64,000 nt of DNA, taken from the NCBI GenBank assembly GCA_964016885.1, contig OZ024745.1:132804001-132868000 (forward strand). Direction: 5' to 3'. The number at the start of each line of letters is the position of its first letter. Within the stretch, counting starts at the first letter, position 1. The notes under the pieces were generated by a model that saw only the letters and a list, made by a program, of their open reading frames with translations, ran no database searches and had not been told where the DNA came from. Shown piece by piece: positions 13,284-26,956 of this stretch. The position numbers were made by a program, and so were the translations under genes. This DNA is from Eledone cirrhosa. Lineage: Eukaryota.

Positions 13284-14893
13284 GGACTAGATAAATGCGC
13301 CAAAGCAACGTTAACCAGAGGAAAGCTGCTGAAGAGTTCAGACATTAATCTTGATCGGGGGAATGTGATAAGAGAACTTGATCAAGAAAAAACTTACAAA
13401 TATCTAGGTGTTTGTGAAGGAGGCGGAATCAAGCACTCGATAATGAGGGAAAGGATAAGGAAGGAATGTTACCGCAGAGTAAGAGCAATCTTAGGAACGG
13501 AATTGAATGCAAGGAATAGGATCGATGCCATAAACACGCTTGCCATACCAGTAGTAACCTACAGTTACAATGTCATCAACTGGTCAAGCACAGAGATCCG
13601 TAGGCTCGATACAAAAATTCGAAAATTCTTAACCATGCACAGAATGCATCACCCTAAGGCAGATACAGATAGAATATATCTCCCTAGGAAAGAAGGAGGA
13701 CGTGGGTTAATGCAGTTAGACATTGCGTTGAAAACTGCAACAATTGGATTATCTACATATCTAAGGGAATCACATGATTGGATGATCAAACTCGTTTTGA
13801 AACACGAAAGCATCAAAAGATGCACAAAGATACAGTAATGGACTACACATTCCAGAAGTCCCATTTACTGCTGAAATGGAACACACAGAAAAAGCAAAGC
13901 AGGTAAAAGTAACTGCTAAGAAAGAACTGCTAGAGAAACAGGCTAAGAAATGGCAAGAAAAGCCTCTGTATGGAAAATACCCAGAACGAGCTAACAATCC
14001 TGATGTTGACAAAACTTTAACCCATTAGTGGTTGGCATCCTCTGGACTGAAATTGGAGACTGAAGGACTGATTATATCGGCACAAGATCAGTGTCTTCCA
14101 ACAAGAAATTACCAAGCCAACATAATAAAAAATGGATGCAGACCATTATGCCGTGTATGCAAAAAACAACCAGAGACTATTGACCATATAATTTCAATGT
14201 GAAGTCCTATAGCTCCAACCGAATACCTAAACAGGCATGACAGAGCTGCACAATACATACATTGGATAATGTGTAAGCATTTTGACCTGCCCGATCAAAA
14301 GAATTGGTGGGAGCATCAACCACCTCCCATACTTGAAAAAGATCACATCTCAATCTCGTGGAACTTTAGCATCCAAACAGACCGAAAAATAGATGCAACC
14401 AGACCTGATATAATATTGAAAGACTTTCAAAAGACGGTATGCCTGCTAATTGATATGTCTGTTCCAATAGACAAGAATGTATCTATAAAAACATTAGAAA
14501 AATTGAGCAAGTATAAGGACCTGTTGATAGAAATTGGAAAAATGTGGAAATTGAGAACTAAAACAATACCAGTGGTTGTAGGCGCTCTGGGAATGATACC
14601 TAAGGGGTCTAATGATTACTTATCGCAAATCCCAGGAAACCCGCGTATAGGAGAAATACAAAAGATAGTACTAATGGGAACTGCCGATATACTAAGGAAG
14701 ATTATGTCAATATAAGTACATCACAAGTCTAAACACCTAAAGATGCATGTGTGTGTGCGTATGTTCTTTCTGGAACATGGCAGAACTTGTTGTCTCTTGA
14801 GGTCACTGGTTGTGACTTGATGATAACTCGTATGAACATAAAGCAAGATAAATGCAAATGTAATAATAATAATAAAAATAATAATAATAATAA
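13284..14893 (+). mobile_element. R4/Dong-like LINE family B, 5'-truncated and frameshifted
   Basis: ORFs 13365..13838 and 14269..14715 (RPDIIL..LIDMSVP, VVGALG); CRVC..H and RHD lie between them; (AAT)n tail. Confidence 0.92.
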
Positions 14894-14894
14894 T

Positions 14895-15883
14895 GGTTTC
14901 TGTATTGGCCAAAAGACCTAACATGAAGAAAAACATAAACAGACGGCACAGGACGATACAAAGAGTGTTTTGGCTGTGTAAAAAGGTTATAACTAGAAGA
15001 TAGAAATGTGTAAATGTGTAAAAGCAACTTTAAAAAAAATCAAATAACAAACATTCCCCAAAAAGGGGGAAACATCCGAGGGTCACTCGTGGTGAAAACC
15101 ACATAAAAGACCACGGCCACATCACCCCCAGGGCAAGCACCTTCTCTCAGTTCCCACTCCTCAGTCTACAGCGCATACTCAGAACGGGCCCGTTCACTCG
15201 GACCAGATTCGCCACTTTTACTCACCGTTCAACAACCTTACTAGAAGACAGCACTTGCCTCTCCATCCTGAGTTTACTCTTCTAGTGAAATTTGAAAATG
15301 TTAATCAGGGATTGACCGGAGAAGAAAGTGTCCGTCTCCAATCCTTTCAACCTTGTCCACCATAAAATCCCTTTCGCCATGGCCACCAGGCAGATGAAAA
15401 CTGCCTGCCCTTCCTTCTCCTTAAAGGAGGGTGGCAGGGCTACCTACGCAATGGACTCACTCGATAATCGGATCCGTCCTACACGTGAAGGCAAATTTTC
15501 GACATAGCCCCACAAGTCAACAATTCTCGGGCACTGAACGAGTGCGAGCAGGACGATTTCGTCGCCCTGCGCGCATCTCGGACAGTTTCGTCTGATGGCA
15601 CTCCGTGCCTGTAGAGCTTATCTCGAGAGATTTCTGGCATTTGTCCATAGGCCACGGGCTGAAAGTTCTCTTGAAGGGAGCGAACAGCTAATTGTCTTCG
15701 ACGCCCAGGGACTCCCCTGGAATCTCGTCGCTCCTCCCCTCCACCAGTCTTTTATAGAAAGTCGAAGTGGATGTTCCACCGATACTACCCCCCAGCTGGT
15801 AGAAGGAGTTGACCATGGGAGCACATCCTTCCATAAAAAGTGGAAGAGGAGGCGCTCCATTTTTGTCAGAGCTGGGCCGAGGC
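14895..15883 (-). mobile_element. Tx1/L1-like LINE 3' end
   Basis: Minus strand: MERLLFHFLWK, then a CPRC...ALVQC zinc finger; (ATT)n tail on the - strand. Confidence 0.75.
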
Positions 15884-15905
15884 AATAATAATAATGATAA
15901 TAATG

Positions 15906-16617
15906 ATTTCACGTATTGGCCAGAATGTTCGCCATGTAGAGAACAATACAAAGACACGGACTGTGGGGTTTACAATAAGCTCGAGTAAAAGTGCCAATGT
16001 CAAGACTAATTTAACAATGCAAATATAAAATAAACTATGCATAAATATAACAAAATAAATTCCCCAATAGCGGGAGGACGACCTAGGGGTGCCTCAGGTA
16101 CCCTGAACCACCCAGCGCTTCTAGGGCACCCTTCTCCTCTTCAAGTTAACCAGCCTATAGGCGCATGGTGAGAGTAAGCCCACTCACCCGGATTTTCTCG
16201 CCACATTCATCCTCTTTTTAGCAAATGTACTGGGGGCAGCATTTATCTCTACCCCTTCTTCTTCCTTTCCAAATCAAACTTGAAGAAGTTGATGACGGAT
16301 TGGCCGAAGAGAAAAGTGTCTGTCTTCAGTCCTTTCAATTTGGTTTACCATAAAACCTCTTTCGCATCTGCCACCATACAGAGGAAAATTTGCTGCCCTT
16401 CCTGGCCAAAGCAAGGCGGCGGGACGTTGTTCACTATGGACTCGGCCGATAGCCTGATCTGTTCTACACGCAACAACAGCTGTTCGACATAACTCCACAA
16501 GTCAGTAATGCATGGACATTGGACAAGTGCGTGCAGAGCGGTCTCGTCGCTCTGTGCGTATCTGGGGCAGGGCCGTCTGAGAGCACTTTCATGCCTGAAG
16601 AGTTTATCTCGAAGTGG
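15906..16617 (-). mobile_element. Second Tx1/L1-like LINE 3' end
   Basis: ORF 16345..16677: PLRDKLFRH..CPRY..ETALHALVQCP..LW; the tail GCCAATACGTGAAATCATTAT resembles that of the neighbouring copy. Confidence 0.8.
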
Positions 16618-16684
16618 TATAAAATGCCAAGGCATTGTTGAAGAACTCAATGATACACTGGGGAGTCGAACTGACATCAGATAG

Positions 16685-17550
16685 AGATGCCTTTGAAGTT
16701 AAAATAAGGAGAGGAATTTCCCAATGAGACAGTTTATCACTGTTATTGTTCATGGTGGCAATCTTACCTCTCTCTATAGGAAAATAACATCCTGATATTC
16801 ACCATGAAAAGAAGAAACACATTGAATCATCTATTATTGATGGATGACATAAAATTATATGGGAAACACATGAATGAAATCGATTCAAAGTTCCAAACAG
16901 TAAGTGTGTTTAGCTAGTACATGGAATGTGTGTGTGTGTGTGACAGCTCACACCTATGCAGGTTTAGATGGCTCCCTCCAAGGTATATCTCGTTGGGGGT
17001 GTCTTGGGTAATTTAATGATAGGGACCCCAGTCCTATCATCTCATTTTTACAGCTGAGTAAACTGGAGCAATGTGAAATAAAGTGTCTTGCTCAAAGAAA
17101 CAACACATCTCCCGGTCCGAGAATTGAACTCACAACCTTTCGATTGCAAACCCAATGCTCTAACCACTAAGCTATGCGCCTTTGCTCCAGTGCTGGGTGT
17201 ATATTAAGATATGGTATTGGAACCATCGACTGGACAGTCGATAAACTGAAAAATAGATAAAGAAGAAAGATGTTGAATAGATATCTAGGCTTACAATCCC
17301 CGGCTGATGTTGACCGATTCCATGGGAAATGAGTAGAATGTTGGAAAGGACTGATCAGTTGGGAGAAGTTGGTTTCAGTGGAGAAAGAAAGCTTGAGCTA
17401 GTATCTAAGAAACAATAAAGAAAATGTGCTAAATGAGGTCATAAAGGAAGGAATCCATGATCAAAAGGGAGACTCACGAGAAAAGAAAGTGGAAATAGCC
17501 AGAGAACGGACAGCCAGATTAGAAGCGAAACCTTTACACTCAGCTTCGAG
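16685..17550 (+). pseudogene. Decayed R4/Dong-like RT interrupted by a SINE
   Basis: LNHLLLMDDIKLYGK at ~16822-16866; after the SINE come HPPADVDR-like and KPLH-like motifs. Confidence 0.65.
16928..17185 (-). mobile_element. SINE family A
   Basis: Full-length reverse complement of 1145-1412. Confidence 0.92.
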
Positions 17551-17635
17551 ATAAGATTCGCCTTTTGTTATTTCATCTCTATCAAATAAAATGAGTTAAT
17601 AAAAATATGGATTATCGTTGTATATGCCTTTACGA

Positions 17636-17641
17636 ACACAG

Positions 17642-17716
<75 letters not shown>

Positions 17717-17756
17717 TATATATATATGTGTGTATATATATATGTGTGTGTGTACC

Positions 17757-17795
<39 letters not shown>

Positions 17796-17798
17796 ACC

Positions 17799-17835
<37 letters not shown>

Positions 17836-17915
17836 ACCTATATATATATGTGTCTGTGTGTGTATATATATATATGCGTGTGTGTATGTGTGTATATGTG
17901 TGTGTTTGTGTGTGA
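17636..17915. repeat. Compound (CA)n/(TA)n/(TG)n microsatellite
   Basis: Direct reading. Confidence 0.95.
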
Positions 17916-19051
17916 TATTTATCTTATTCTGTTCTAAAAATCATATCTAGACATATTTCTAAATATATATTAGATACCTTGATATATTTTTTTATTAAAT
18001 TGAAGTTTGAAGAAAGATATCTTTTCCTACATATATGTTTGTAAAAAAGAAATAATATGCATTGAAATGAGGAATATTGATATTACATTAATTTAAATTT
18101 CCCTTACAAGTAGAAGCCTTTATTTCATAGAATAATGCAAAATGAAAAATGTTTTTTCCGTACGGTACTTAAACATGACTACCTGTCCCACGTCTCACAG
18201 GCGCTCTCACGTTCCCTGAACACAGAGGGTTCTATTGTGTTTTGGCGAACCCTGCTGACGAGGACGCGTCATGTGGTTACCGATGAAAGAAACGCCGACA
18301 AAGCCAGCGTGATCGGAGAACGGAGACCAATGCCGAGCACGTGGGACCCCATTTGCTCACCATACGGATTAATAGGCAAAGTTATAAACTATTGTAAATA
18401 AACTTATTCTTTTGGATCTAAGAAAAACAACAAAAAACAAATATATAATATTACAATGTTTAGATCGCATAACCAAACGCAGGCACCAAAATGAACGAGA
18501 TGTATTAACTGGTGCAATTCATTACCTAAAATTACATAATCAGTGACGTCATTCGAATGGTGGCTGTTGTCGTATTTCCTGTCTAATCAAAGCTATGATC
18601 AAATGTTTTCCAGTCGTCAGCATTCTGTCTATTTTAAAGTTGTAATCTATTCTGGGCTGCTTTGCCGAATGTGTTGCTTTTTGTAATGGTAGATTGTGAT
18701 TTGATGCAAATCTTCCTGTTATGTCTGTCAAGTTGAGCAACAACATAACCGCTTTATCGTTGGCTCGTCTCTTTCTTATATGTAATGCTTTTCTGTAAAC
18801 ACCGAGGAAAACAATAGTAATAGACATTATTGCTGCAGTTGCTGCTATCACAACACATAACTACAGCATCTAATATATCTAAAATCGTATTTCTATTAAT
18901 AACTTAGTCAATGTTATAATCGATTGTTAATAGATTTCTGTTGATATTTTGAATCGATTCTGAAAGAACGAAAATATATACTGAATCCAGAGCATGTGAA
19001 ATTAGAAGTATGCACGATACAGTTGACTTCATAGAAGCGCTGTTTGTATTA

Positions 19052-19293
19052 TGTGTGTGTGTGTGTGACAGCTCACACCTATGCAGGTTTAGCTGGCCTC
19101 CTCCAGGCGTCTTGGGTAATTTAATGATAGGGACCCCAGTCTTATCATCTCATTTCTACAGCTGAGTAAACTGGAGCAACGTCAAATAAAGTGTCTTGCT
19201 CAAGGAAACAACACATCACCCGGTCCGAGAATTGAACTCACAACCTTTCTATTGCAAGCCCAATGCTATAACCACTAAGCCATGCGTCTTCAC
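19052..19293 (-). mobile_element. SINE family A with a short internal deletion
   Basis: Reverse complement of 1145-1412 lacking the GTATATCTCGTTG block. Confidence 0.92.
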
Positions 19294-19594
19294 AAGTATT
19301 GTCAAAATGTGACAGTCAACATCCCTACTATTTGGCTACATTGATATGATTATTGATTCAACAGGTCACTCAACGCATTGGCTATCTGAGTAATTAGGGT
19401 CGACGAATATTGCAGAACAACTGGTGATACAATTCACGAAAACCCTTTTTTCGTATGTAGACATCATGACATTTTAAAGGAACTTAACCTCTTTGCTGAT
19501 ATAAGAAATTAATTGCCCGGAAAGTTTGGAGAAGCTTTCCTCGGAAACGTTCATTTTTATCAATATCTTATTTCCTTCAAAAATGGTAATTTTT

Positions 19595-19765
19595 GCAGTA
19601 TCGGTAGAGGGTCGGACATGATTTCCAGCATAGTTATGTTCCTTTACGATCTGAGTTCAAATCCCGCCTAGGTTAACTTTGCCCTTCATCCATACGAGGT
19701 CGATAAAACAAAGTACCAGTAATGTTCTGGGTTATTGCCGTCCTTGTACCAAAAGTAGAAACAAT
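19595..19765 (+). mobile_element. SINE family B
   Basis: GCAGTATCGGTAGA...CTGAGTTCAAATCCCGCC...AAAGTACCAGT...AGTAGAAAC. Confidence 0.88.
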
Positions 19766-20204
19766 TTTATTATTTCCTTCACTTCTATAGTTTTTGTACA
19801 TATATATATAGGAAGTTAATGACATGGAAACGATAAAGTAGAGTCGCTTTAGTTGTAATAACTCTGTCTTTCCAACGTAACTATGCTATACGATATACAC
19901 GTAGAAAATAATATGCATAAATGCAGTACCTATACTCTGGTTTGATATACTATTACAGTATTTAAATATATCAAATTTTCATTTTAGGTCGTATTAACGC
20001 CTACATGATGTACAGACTTGTTTACACAACAAAAACTATCTGAACTTAATGAAATAATAAAGGTAACTAACAGGCATGGCATTCTAATCAAATGATTGAG
20101 CCGTCTCTAATTAGGTTATAATAATGCTAATAACGATTTGTTACTCCTTCACATGACCATATATACGAAAGCAACTTGTTTACTTGAGTGAATCGGCCAA
20201 AGTT

Positions 20205-20725
20205 CATTACTGGTAATTATTTTTATCGACACCCGAGGGACGTAAGACAAAGTTGACTTGTAACAGGCATGAGCTTAGAACATCAATTAACGTAATTACT
20301 GCAAGGCATTTAATCTAATAACATATTAGGCATTTGAATTATTCTCTTAAATTAGGAATCAATATTCATTAGCGAAACATGAAACAGATCACGGTAAAAA
20401 AAGTTTGGAAGTTTTCCAGCGCGTAAAATCTTAAAAGAAATATGTGTAATGTTCCGTCACTCGCAGCTGACGAGGCATCAAGGAAACTTTGGCGGGGGCA
20501 ATTCACTTACTATAAATAGAAGCCAAATATTCTTAAAATCACCAACAATTGTGTGGGAGCAGAAAGTTGATTGATTCGACCCCAGTGGATTATTGGTACT
20601 TTAGTTTATGGACCCAGTAAGGATGAAAGACAAAGATAACATTGGTGAAATTTGAATTCAGAACGTAAAGGGCTTTAACGCTATGCCTTTAAGAATGTTG
20701 TCTGACGCTTGACCAATACTGTATA
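20205..20725 (-). mobile_element. Two degraded SINE family B copies (~20205-20310 and ~20560-20725)
   Basis: ACTGGTA..TTTATCGAC.CCC and GGATGAAAGACAAAG reverse cores. Confidence 0.65.
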
Positions 20726-20768
20726 TGCACTTTCCTCCAATACTACTACTACTAATAATAATAATAAT

Positions 20769-21439
20769 ATCAAAAGAATCGATACCAAAGTCCGTAAGCT
20801 ACTGACCTGTAATAGGATGCACAACCACAAAGTAGATGTGGATCGTCTTTACCTTCCTAGAACTCAAGGAGGCCGTGGCCTGATCCAATTTGAACTTGCT
20901 TACAAGACCACCATCACTGGACTGGCCAAATACCTTGAAACAACTAGCGACTGTATGCTGAAACTTGTTGAAAAGCATGAGAGAAGTAAGAAGTTTCATT
21001 CTATCTTGAAGGAGACCAAAAAATATGTTACTGATCTCATGCTTGATACCCAGGCTGGACAGACTAAAGAAACTGGTGCAACTGATGCTGCTAGGTACAT
21101 AAAATCACTGGCAAAAGCAAAAGGGCAAGGACAATTAACATCAAATTGGGAGCAGAAACCTTTGCATGGCAAATATGTGGCCCGAGGTGCAAAAAATTGT
21201 TTTGACTGGTACTGCACACGATTAAAAAGAGCACTATCTCTGTAAGATTGATATCCCTCCTTGTATTTACAGATGCATATGCACATGTGTATATATGTAT
21301 AATATTTTTATTTTTTTTATTGTTTTAATTATAATCAATGTGCTATATTTACTGGCTTACCAATGCACACTGTGAATTTATTTGTCCTAGGTGTCAGAAA
21401 GACACTCGGCATATATCTCAGAAACAATAATGAAAGAAA

Positions 21440-21512
<73 letters not shown>
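20769..21512 (+). mobile_element. R4/Dong-like LINE family C, internally deleted, with (AAT)n at both ends
   Basis: ORF 20709..21245: IDTKVRKLL..DVDRLYLPR..GGRGL..KPLHGKY, joined directly to the terminal QKIVLTGTA; tail at 21441-21512. Confidence 0.85.
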
Positions 21513-21514
<2 letters not shown>

Positions 21515-22840
21515 TGAGGAAAAGCAACGGAATCCAGGTACCAACAGGTGAGATGATAAAGGAAATTGACACTGAAGAGGGATACACATATTTAGGTGTT
21601 CTGGAGGCAGATGGCATCAAGAATATAAAAATGAAGGAATTGATAAGATCTGAATACATTCTGAGAGTAAGGAGCGTATTAAAGTCACATCTGAACAGTA
21701 GGACTGCCATAAGTGCAGTAAATTCCCGAGCTGTGTCTATTATTAGGTACAGTGCGGGAATTCTGAAATGGAATGTTGCTGAACAAAAAGAAATGGATAG
21801 GAAGACTAGGAAGCTATTGACTATCTACAACATGTTCCACAAGAGGAGTGATGTCGATAGACTCTACTTAAAGAGATCTGAAGGTGGAAGAAGAATTATA
21901 AGCATAGCGGACTGTGTTCAGATGGAGAAAAACAGCATGTACGAATATGTGGCTGACAGTAGGGAGCCAATGCTCAAAATTGTACTGAATGAGAAGACAA
22001 TAGACCAGGGGATATCCAGGGAGGAAATAACAACAAGGAGGAAGAGCAACCTTCATGAAAAATCCCTTCATAGCACCTTCTTTAAGAAAACGGAATTTAG
22101 AGATCCACAGACATGGAACTGGTTAAAAAGAGGAGACCTTAAAAATGCTACAGAAGGAATGTTAATCGTTGCACAAGAGCAATCCCTCAGAAGGAAGTGG
22201 TTGAAACACTATATTGGCAAGGGGAGGCTAGCTCACTGTGCAGGATCTGTGGGGAGAGAGAGAGGAGATTGTGGCTCATATTGTATCTGAGTGTAAACAC
22301 CTAGTCCAGACTCACTATAAAGGCTGGAGACATGATGTGATAGGCAGGGTGATCTACTATGCAAAGTAAACAATTTACCACATTCTGAGAAGTGGTATGA
22401 GCATAAATCAGAGTCGGTGATAGAAAACGATCAGGTGAAGGTGCTATGGAATTTTAGGATACAGACGGACAAGAAATTAGAACACAATAGGCCTGACCTG
22501 GGAGTTTTGACAAGGAAAGAAGATCGCGCCTGATTGTGGATGTAGCCTGCCAATTTGACACGAGAGTGCAAGAAAAGGAGAGGGAGAAAATAAACCGATA
22601 CCAGGACTTAAAGTGGGAGTTAAAAAGGAATTGGAACTGCCATGAAATCAAGGTCGTCCCGATTGTCATAGGTGCACTATACACTATCTCAAAGACTTTC
22701 CAATGATGGTTAAAGAAGATTAGTCCAGCCCCGCTTTTTGGAACACTTCAAAAGGCATGCTTGCTGGGAACAGCAAGAACCCTCCGATACGTCCTGAATG
22801 TCTGATGCTGCGGGTAGTGGCTTGGTATTAATTTCAACAA
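21513..22840 (+). mobile_element. R4/Dong-like LINE, family A relative, 5'-truncated and frameshifted
   Basis: ORF 21391..22290 (YTYLG, DVDRLY, AQEQSL); the REL region is homologous to 12290..13180. Confidence 0.92.
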
Positions 22841-25314
22841 ACACTAAACTTAAGAAACGAATTTCCACGTAAGGTTATTTATTTACTAAATGTATATATT
22901 TTTACATTGTGGATATATATCATATAAACTGAAATATACAATGATAAAGACTTATATTTTGGCATAATCTTCCATATATAAAATTTAATATGAGGCAAAC
23001 CAAAAATGAATCATCATATTTGTATTGCTTGTCAGGCTGTTATATTTTATGTGTATGTAAATCACTTTATCAATTGCAATGTATTGTTTTCTTTTTAATC
23101 ACAAATGTTATGCAGGAAATTTTTGTAGCCAAATACAAATCAAAAATACCTGACGGTGCGGGACAACGGCCAGATGGATTAATTCTTGAACATAGTCCAG
23201 AACACACAGGGAATTAAATGTAACTGTAGTGGCTAACAACACGGTCCTTAACTTCACAGTTATCTATCACCTTAAAGCAAAATATGTACCTTTTATGCAA
23301 TGTAATCGCAGTGTTCTAGGGATCATCATTAGAGCTACACATCCTTCAATAGATTAATCACAATTGGGATGAGAAAATACAAAGCATTGATGTTATAAAC
23401 AATAGCCGCTCACCAATACACAAAGACTATTTCATTCACAAGTGAATTGTGACTATCGGAATCACTTTCATTATATCAGAAATACGTAGTTAGGGAATTC
23501 TCAAATAGATTTCACAGAGTGTTATTAGACTCTATAATCTTGTTACGATCTAAATTAATTACGGCTCTACAGTCAGTAGTAAGTTATGATGGAACAATGT
23601 ATTTGTTTCATGCTGTTTAGTGGTGCAGTGATAAAAACTCAAGCTTTAATTAAATAACCATAAAACCAATGAATAAGATAATTAATTGAGTTGTTATATC
23701 CTCTGTTCTCATTTTCTCTCTACCACGTTTGCTTTTATATATTTTGCAGAATTTTATATCTTTACATTTGTAAATAGCAATTATGTATTAGAATCAAAGC
23801 AATTTAAATTTAATATTTTTGGTATGTTTAAAATAATTTCGAAATTAGTTATATTCATATAAACATTGCAATCAGTATTATGATTTTTATTTTTAAAAAG
23901 GCAATATAGCTATTTATTTGACATTAACGAGAAAAATATCTCTTCATGTTAACAATGGGGACATATATATCAATATCAACACAATATGAATAATTGTTTG
24001 AATTTAATTAATTAAAACTTTTTAGAGTTGAATGTTGTTTATTCATTATCACCACATATGTTCGAACATTATTTCTTTTGCTTTCATGTGCATTATATTC
24101 TAATTGAATTTTAAGATATTAATTATATGTAGGGCATGTATCAATTATCTGATTGTGAAAACGACGTGTTTCTATTAAATGGACTTTACACTTATTTGTG
24201 TGATTCACATGTATCAGTAAATTAGCAATTGTTACTCTTTGAAAGTTTGGGTATTCTCTCGAAGATATTGCACATTTTTAAAAGAAATATAATTTAATGA
24301 AGCAAAATTGGATTTTAGCTTGAAACAGCATTTTCGACATTTAAGAAGTATACAGCAAAGATATTTAACAGCTTTCGTAGACATATATATATATATTCTT
24401 GAGTGAATAACAATAATATTATTATAATATATTAATATTCGGTTTCTTTACAAGTATATAGCCTCATATTTAAACAGCCTCATAAAACATCACGTGGCAG
24501 ATGAAAATGTTATCTTTTTGTTCCTTCGGTAGATGTGAGAAAACAATGGACAATTGATTGGAAGAACTGCTGAGAATACATAGTAGTCTTAAATGTATAC
24601 ATCGACTGGAGCAAACAAGCGGAATACACTACCTTAACAAGGAGCAGCACACTCCCAAACTATTGTCAATTGTTTTCCCAATTCTGTTAAGATGGGCAGA
24701 TGGCGCCAGTGCCAATGTTAGTAGTAGTTATACTAGTGATGAAAATAAATCTCACCAATAGGTAATGGCCTTTATATACCCGTTTAGCTGGTGCTGTGGG
24801 GTTGTTTCTTCTAAGTCATATTTCACCGGTGTTATGATGGAGCAACGCGGAATACCAGCCTGGAGCATATTAATAAATCCAAACAACGGAAGTAAGCTTT
24901 ATTTATTGTTTATATTTTTTTGCTTTTTTCTGCTGAACCTGGAATCATAAGAGAAACTTCATAGTGCTATTTCATACCTGGAGAGTGTAGCTTAAAATCA
25001 ATCTGTGTAATCGATCATCGAAAAAATCAATCAATATAATCGATCATCGGAGACAAACTATCGATTATGATTAAACCACAGGTACTTATCGGAAGTTAGT
25101 TTCACCATTCGAAGGGAAATATATAATGAGAATGGTAAATAAGAGAATATAGTTGCCAATATCCATAGAGTCGACCGTCATGCTGAGAAGCACTTGATGA
25201 ATCATGTTAAACCCAAGGGAAGGTCCAACAGAGTGGACGTTAACACCGCCAGAAAAAGGAGCCGGGATTATAGCCACCGCGTTCAACAATGTTAAGCGAT
25301 TTGGAGCCGTTAAA

Positions 25315-25650
25315 TAATTGTTTCTATTTTAGGCACAAGGTCAGCAATTACCCAGTACATTACTGGTACTTTGTTTTATCGACCCCGTAAGGATGAAAGG
25401 CAAATTTAACCTCGGCAGGATTTGAACTCAGATCGTAAAGGGACGTAACTATGCTGGAAAGCATGTCCGACCCTCTACCGATACTGCCAATTCAGTTAAA
25501 TAATTGTTTCTACTTTTGGCACAAGGCCAGCAATTACCCAGTACATTACTGGTACTTTATTTTATCGACCCCGTAAGGATGAAAGGCAAAGTTAACCTCG
25601 GCGGGATTTGAACTCAGATCGTAAAGGGACGTAACTATGCTGGAAATTCA
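25315..25650 (-). mobile_element. Tandem pair of SINE family B
   Basis: Two near-identical reverse copies starting at ~25315 and ~25500. Confidence 0.9.
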
Positions 25651-25774
25651 GTTAAATAATGAATGAAAACATATCAAATATGTTTAGAATTTTGTGTTTC
25701 AAAAGAAACAAGCTCAATAGTCTTTAACTAGAGCCATAGTAACCAAATGACAAGATATATGTATATATAGAGAT

Positions 25775-26412
25775 AAAGAGGACCTCGAGGAAGTCGATCA
25801 CTTCACCTATCTGGGCAGCATCCTGACAAGCACCGGCGACGCCGAGTTCGACATCAACTGTCGGATCGGCAAAGGAGCCGCAGTTTTCCAGCGGCTGTGC
25901 CCAGTCTGGTCGTCTTCATGTATTAGCACCAAGGCCAAGCTCCGCCTGTACAAGAGCATCGTGCTGCCGACAGTGCTTTATGTCAGCGAGACCTGGAAAA
26001 GTACGGCACAAATAGAGAGACGGCTGAACGCTTTCCACCAGCGGTGCCTGCGAAAGATCCTTCGTGTGTCCTGGTGCGACCGAGTGAGAAACGAGGAGAT
26101 CCTGTGGAGAGCCGAGTCGTGGACGCTACAGAGAGGGGTCACGGAGCGTCGGTGTGCCTGGCTGGCCATATTCTGCGTCTGCCAAATGAACGGCATTCGA
26201 AAACAGCGATGAACTGGACTCCGCCTGGTGGTAAGCGAAGGTGGGTTGCCCAAGTATTACCTGGCGACGAACGTTCCGGAAGGACCTGATGGCACCCAAC
26301 ATCACCTGGTACGGTCTTAAAAATGTTGCCGCTGATCGTGACCGTTGGTGAGTACTTACTGTTCGATGCGTCGAACGGCACAGAAGAATCTAAGAGTAAG
26401 ACTAAGAGATAA
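25775..26412 (+). mobile_element. RTE-clade LINE 3' fragment
   Basis: LEEVDHFTYLGS, RIGK, LYVSETW, FHQRCLRKIL, WLGHILR-like motif; CTAAGA-type tail. Confidence 0.88.
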
Positions 26413-26765
26413 AAAGAGCCTTGTATCGTATAAGAAACACAGTATATTGTATATATACCAATCAATCCCAATCATAATTACTCATCAGTTATCATTACCT
26501 TTTTATTTTATATTTTGCTGTTTCATCTCTTTAATTCACCCTATCCCACTTTATTACACTGTCGCCATTATCCTTTCGTTTCATCTCATCCCATTTTATT
26601 ACACTGTAAAGTTACTTACACTTTTTTTAATATTATTTTCCTTTTATCATCTTTTCATACCACTTTTTTACATGTTACTATTATTATTACTATGTTTCCA
26701 TGCCTGTATTCGAGTATCCTCCTCTTCACTGCACCTTCATTCTTCTTATTAGTATTACTCTATCA

Positions 26766-26956
26766 AGCGGTGGGGTGGGTTGGCAGTATCGGTAGAGGTT
26801 TGGTCGCCATGCTTTGCATCATAGAGTTACGGCCTTTTATGATCTGAGTTCAAAGCCGCCGAGGTTAACTTTGCCTTTCATCCTTACAGGGTCATTAAAA
26901 TAAAGTACCAGTAATACACTGTGTAATTACTGGCCTTGTGCCAAAAGTAGAAACAC
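26766..26956 (+). mobile_element. SINE family B
   Basis: Full head, core and tail, as at 52149. Confidence 0.9.

Noticed and set aside
18254-18296. CTGACGA...GAAA hammerhead candidate
   Set aside because: No stem II closing next to GAAA and no stem I or III pairing
20465-20495. CTGACGA-ggcatcaag-GAAA hammerhead candidate
   Set aside because: The stems do not pair
24540-24950. Possible exon or C-type lectin fragment (WADG)
   Set aside because: Stops in all frames and no supporting cysteine pattern
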